DNA from: Schizosaccharomyces osmophilus
Taxonomy: Eukaryota
Assembly (NCBI RefSeq): GCF_027921745.1
Contig: NC_079239.1
Location: 1,178,001-1,242,000 of the forward strand
Reading direction: 5' to 3'
Length of the DNA stretch: 64,000 bases
A model generated the notes under the pieces. It had not been told where the DNA came from. It ran no database searches and saw nothing but the letters and a program-made list of their open reading frames with translations. Position numbers and translations under genes: made by a program. Shown in pieces: positions 62,001 through 64,000 of the stretch (its first letter is position 1; the number at the start of each line of letters is the position of its first letter).

Positions 62001-63080
62001 AGACGTTGTCATAGATCTTTGAGGGGTTCTTTGATTGTTTTTTGACAAATCGGAAGTATTTTGATTATTCAATTTATATGCGTAAGAAGGATCCCCTGAT
62101 TTTAGAGAATTAGAATTGGGAAAGCCACTATTTGGGCTTCGACCTATATTGAAATCCTTCGTACCATTGTCCTCAGATAAATGATTTAATTTGTCGAAGC
62201 GAGATTCCTCTGTCGGGCTTTTGACAGAAGTATCCAACGACTTAATATCTGCTGCTTGCGAGTCAGTTAGTAAATCGCGCACAGATTCAACAGTTATTTT
62301 ATTTCTCTGGATATCATCATTGGGTCCTTGCTGAACACTTTTATTCATTTTAGATAAGCGTTTACTAGCTCGTCGTTCAAGAGAGGAAGATTGCTTGAGA
62401 GCATTCAAAGCATTTGGCGTATCAGGAAAAGCTGGAGGGCCCAAAAAGCTTTCGAAATTTGTGCTTCGTGTACAGAAAGCATACTCACTACTCCCTTTCC
62501 TCGAAGTGTTTTCTTCCGACCCTCGACTGGCCTGTGATTCTTTGCGAGGTCTTAAAAATCGCGATTTATAGAGGGATTGCTTATATTTTAAGCTCTTAAG
62601 AAGATGCATGATTATTTCTCGGACATGTGGGAGATGACGCTGAAGGGATTCTGTTGAAGGGATTTCGGCTAGCGTCTCTTCAAGTATAGAACGCAATTCA
62701 AATGGGAAATCTTCCAGGTCTAAGCTTTCTATTCCCACTTCTTTAAAAATCCTTATGGTCATATTAAATTCAGTGACGAGTCGAATATAAATAGCTGAGA
62801 CATCGTCCGGTTCTGCAAGTTGTTTGCTCCATTTAGTTAAGCTTTCCAACAATTGTTTTGTTATCACCAGTAGTTTTGTTACAGAAGATTCAATCGAATT
62901 AGCTATGGGCGTGAACTTATCTCCAGAATGATTTCTAGCAGACGTTACGGAAGGTGCCCTTTGCAAATTGCTGACTGAAGGATATCGTTGAGACGAAGAA
63001 TTCATAGAATCTGTTCTCTGTCTTAATAGTTCTGGATTATTTGAACAAGGTAATTCTTGACCATTGTTATGAAAAGACAT
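59022..63080 (-). CDS. bud6: Actin-interacting protein Bud6/Aip3
   Basis: IESSVTKLLVITKQLLESLTKWS N-terminus; AIP3 core LRSDVLLRKVRP, WKKQWEKELNAIVQEQEFL, LRKIGGVEEIERRR. Confidence 0.92.
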   Translation of the reverse strand: MSFHNNGQELPCSNNPELLRQRTDSMNSSSQRYPSVSNLQRAPSVTSARNHSGDKFTPIANSIESSVTKLLVITKQLLESLTKWSKQLAEPDDVSAIYIRLVTEFNMTIRIFKEVGIESLDLEDFPFELRSILEETLAEIPSTESLQRHLPHVREIIMHLLKSLKYKQSLYKSRFLRPRKESQASRGSEENTSRKGSSEYAFCTRSTNFESFLGPPAFPDTPNALNALKQSSSLERRASKRLSKMNKSVQQGPNDDIQRNKITVESVRDLLTDSQAADIKSLDTSVKSPTEESRFDKLNHLSEDNGTKDFNIGRSPNSGFPNSNSLKSGDPSYAYKLNNQNTSDLSKNNQRTPQRSMTTSSGTRSFSSNKTTSPKYVPSSTPVLLPRSRSFTSPIPNEASSALESKSETPQEIKTPSRAVESLEETHNRDPQSLQENKVSQVNTIEMVSLPQQPMGANSTLSKLNRETRDYLNEEDAETKHPFADLNVKASSNEISEGFKHDSLEELDRLVKTNNNLNIDGGGAKAPINEEKNENEYPPVDERPLPSGNMEVANDRSEMPKEERRPIDNREFTDKNDESLHKQEDVREFERNHGSFVYYLKFNNKTYKVVSSSVVDTQEKLEALFQSKFGNEFIDFSFEFYIEDYDTKVNYLLEDYSDMKPKSLVVAQKEQLKTKEESPANGAKAMVETARSHEEPPNEEIESPPLFQELLQRLINIERKLGNKHTTNVPFQLSSPIKDSKRGRLVTDSTNYQKVKSMQLELASLKQVFATSFAKIPLQLNDFRNQMNIINRKASGFGFDRGYILRSKDSIEAAAKSLVKRFDDINDQIELLRSDVLLRKVRPGLDQTSYLNKEKEFIENNIRSLQKSIEEVTPTWKKQWEKELNAIVQEQEFLDNHTSLVADLNKDFDSVTTVLSNVSAIAQLQAKSGIKSKPLAVKPASGDIKGIREQIHTDVLKLRPDSDVRLQAIERFEAFQRKKVLLHEDEFEKEIQDFINDDRLRKIGGVEEIERRRLVQDEQNRKLLWKGAFNNTEKSISTEDEKRDYNAKSLPTNAHSGIPNFSQVDTTYDGVSSESRDAMKNSNAPPYITDDEAGHAEKEETGPSLMDMARNVSSDSLDAMKNSNAPSSITDDEAGHAEEKETGSSLTDMARNASSDSLDAMKNSNAPPSITDDEAGHAEEEETGPSLMNMARNASSDSLDAMKNSNVPPSITHDEAGHAEEKETGSSLTDIVHNASSESQEDNHSSTDVDLPSTTNLFGFDHAEEKIGPTEKGIDPSQPYDAYDKVSSELPKKLGDTSDVILPSTGPRITEERETNEKGTVPRVGHHRRNDTISTDDYEAYQDAEDEDNSLT
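59365..59870. repeat. Coding minisatellite in bud6: about 4 x 123 bp (41 aa)
   Basis: TTCAGCATGACC recurs at 59421, 59544, 59667 and 59790. Confidence 0.95.
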
Positions 63081-63646
63081 CTCGAAATTACATAAAATTC
63101 AAAAAGTCGACGTTATAGTAAAAAACTTAAGCCTTAAGCCAGAAACGATGAATAAATAAATAAACGCATAAGATAAAACAAAAAAAAGCAAAATGTTTAA
63201 GAATGCCTATGAGGGATACAGACTTTGCTATGATCTGAAGATGGTTGTGGTCCCAGCTAGATAAGCTCTCGTGACAGAGAAGGTAAAGGTATTGACGAAT
63301 CTCAGACTTGAGCTATTTGATGTCTTTTAAATGAAGTGCCAAGACAGCAAATTTGTATCCTTTTACCTAAGCGTATATGGGAGTTATTGCGACTTAAAAT
63401 AATTACACTGGTAAAATCAAGTTGGTTACGAACAAAAGATAGGCAAAGGCAAGCCCAATATTAGGTACTTATATATACTCAGCTTTTGGATTATTTATAT
63501 ATATATAGTAGATATGACAATCCCAGAAACCGTGTACAATTCAAACATTAACGTAGCTAGTTAATACAAACGAACCCGAAGATTGGGCATTAAATGACAA
63601 GGATATAAAAGGTTTTGAAATAAATAATAGTAAAGGCAGAAGAACC

Positions 63647-64000
63647 CTAGCTATCTGGTTCCTCACCCATGGGTTCGGGTGTTTTAGCACGTCTATGCTT
63701 TCGTGGTTTGGAGTGGTCAGTAGGCAAATTAAAATCCCTCCGCATTTTTGTACGAAGTCCTGGAAGGGCATAATTGACACGCTTTCTCTCTCGTCTACTT
63801 CTTCCATCATTTAATTCCTCGGAGGCGGAGCGACTCTGCTGTTCAGGACTACTGGGTACCACTGTTTTATTTGTGCTTCCTGGAGGCCTTCCTCTTTTCG
63901 TTTTTTTTAAGGGTGGTTCTTCCTTTTTTTCCTTTACTATATTTTTTTCATCTTTTGCATGCGTTTCGAAAAACCTCAGATTGGTTACCGTTGACAGCAA
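63647..64000 (-). CDS. sgo2: Shugoshin Sgo2, C-terminal part; truncated by window end
   Basis: SGO basic motif RRERKRVNYALPGLRTKMRR; adjacent to bud6 as in S. pombe. Confidence 0.88.
   Translation of the reverse strand: MLSTVTNLRFFETHAKDEKNIVKEKKEEPPLKKTKRGRPPGSTNKTVVPSSPEQQSRSASEELNDGRSRRERKRVNYALPGLRTKMRRDFNLPTDHSKPRKHRRAKTPEPMGEEPDS

Noticed and set aside
51612..64000. moa1 and sgo2 near a centromere as a functional cluster
   Set aside because: Same order as recalled for S. pombe and interspersed with unrelated housekeeping genes; ordinary synteny explains it

Overview
Eukaryotic DNA from a Schizosaccharomyces fission yeast (S. octosporus/cryophilus/osmophilus-like; the species cannot be fixed from sequence alone). 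The window runs from a regional centromere out into a chromosome arm. 1-7 kb: a 3.1-kb unique AT-rich core between near-perfect inverted repeats, each with a tRNA-Thr. 9.3-14.3 kb: a full-length but decayed Ty3/Gypsy (Tf1/Tj/Tcry-type) LTR retrotransposon with a self-priming PBS, an in-frame UGA-CUAG gag/pol junction and two LTRs with dissimilar U3 regions. 14-33.5 kb: gene-free pericentromere with 14 more tRNA genes (E; L-K-R; L; D-V-A-I-R; A; D-V), a 5S rRNA gene, small duplications, microsatellites and a degenerate 25S/28S rRNA fragment with a strongly strand-biased substitution pattern. 33.8-64 kb: gene-dense arm matching the S. pombe cen1-flanking order (per1, rpl10, lys1, prm1, tRNA-Arg, gua2, fub1, grx2, naa10, moa1, vps29, ect1, hal3-TS fusion, rpl42, DUF1761, bud6, sgo2). 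Gene names come from recalled S. pombe orthologues and synteny, not a database search.
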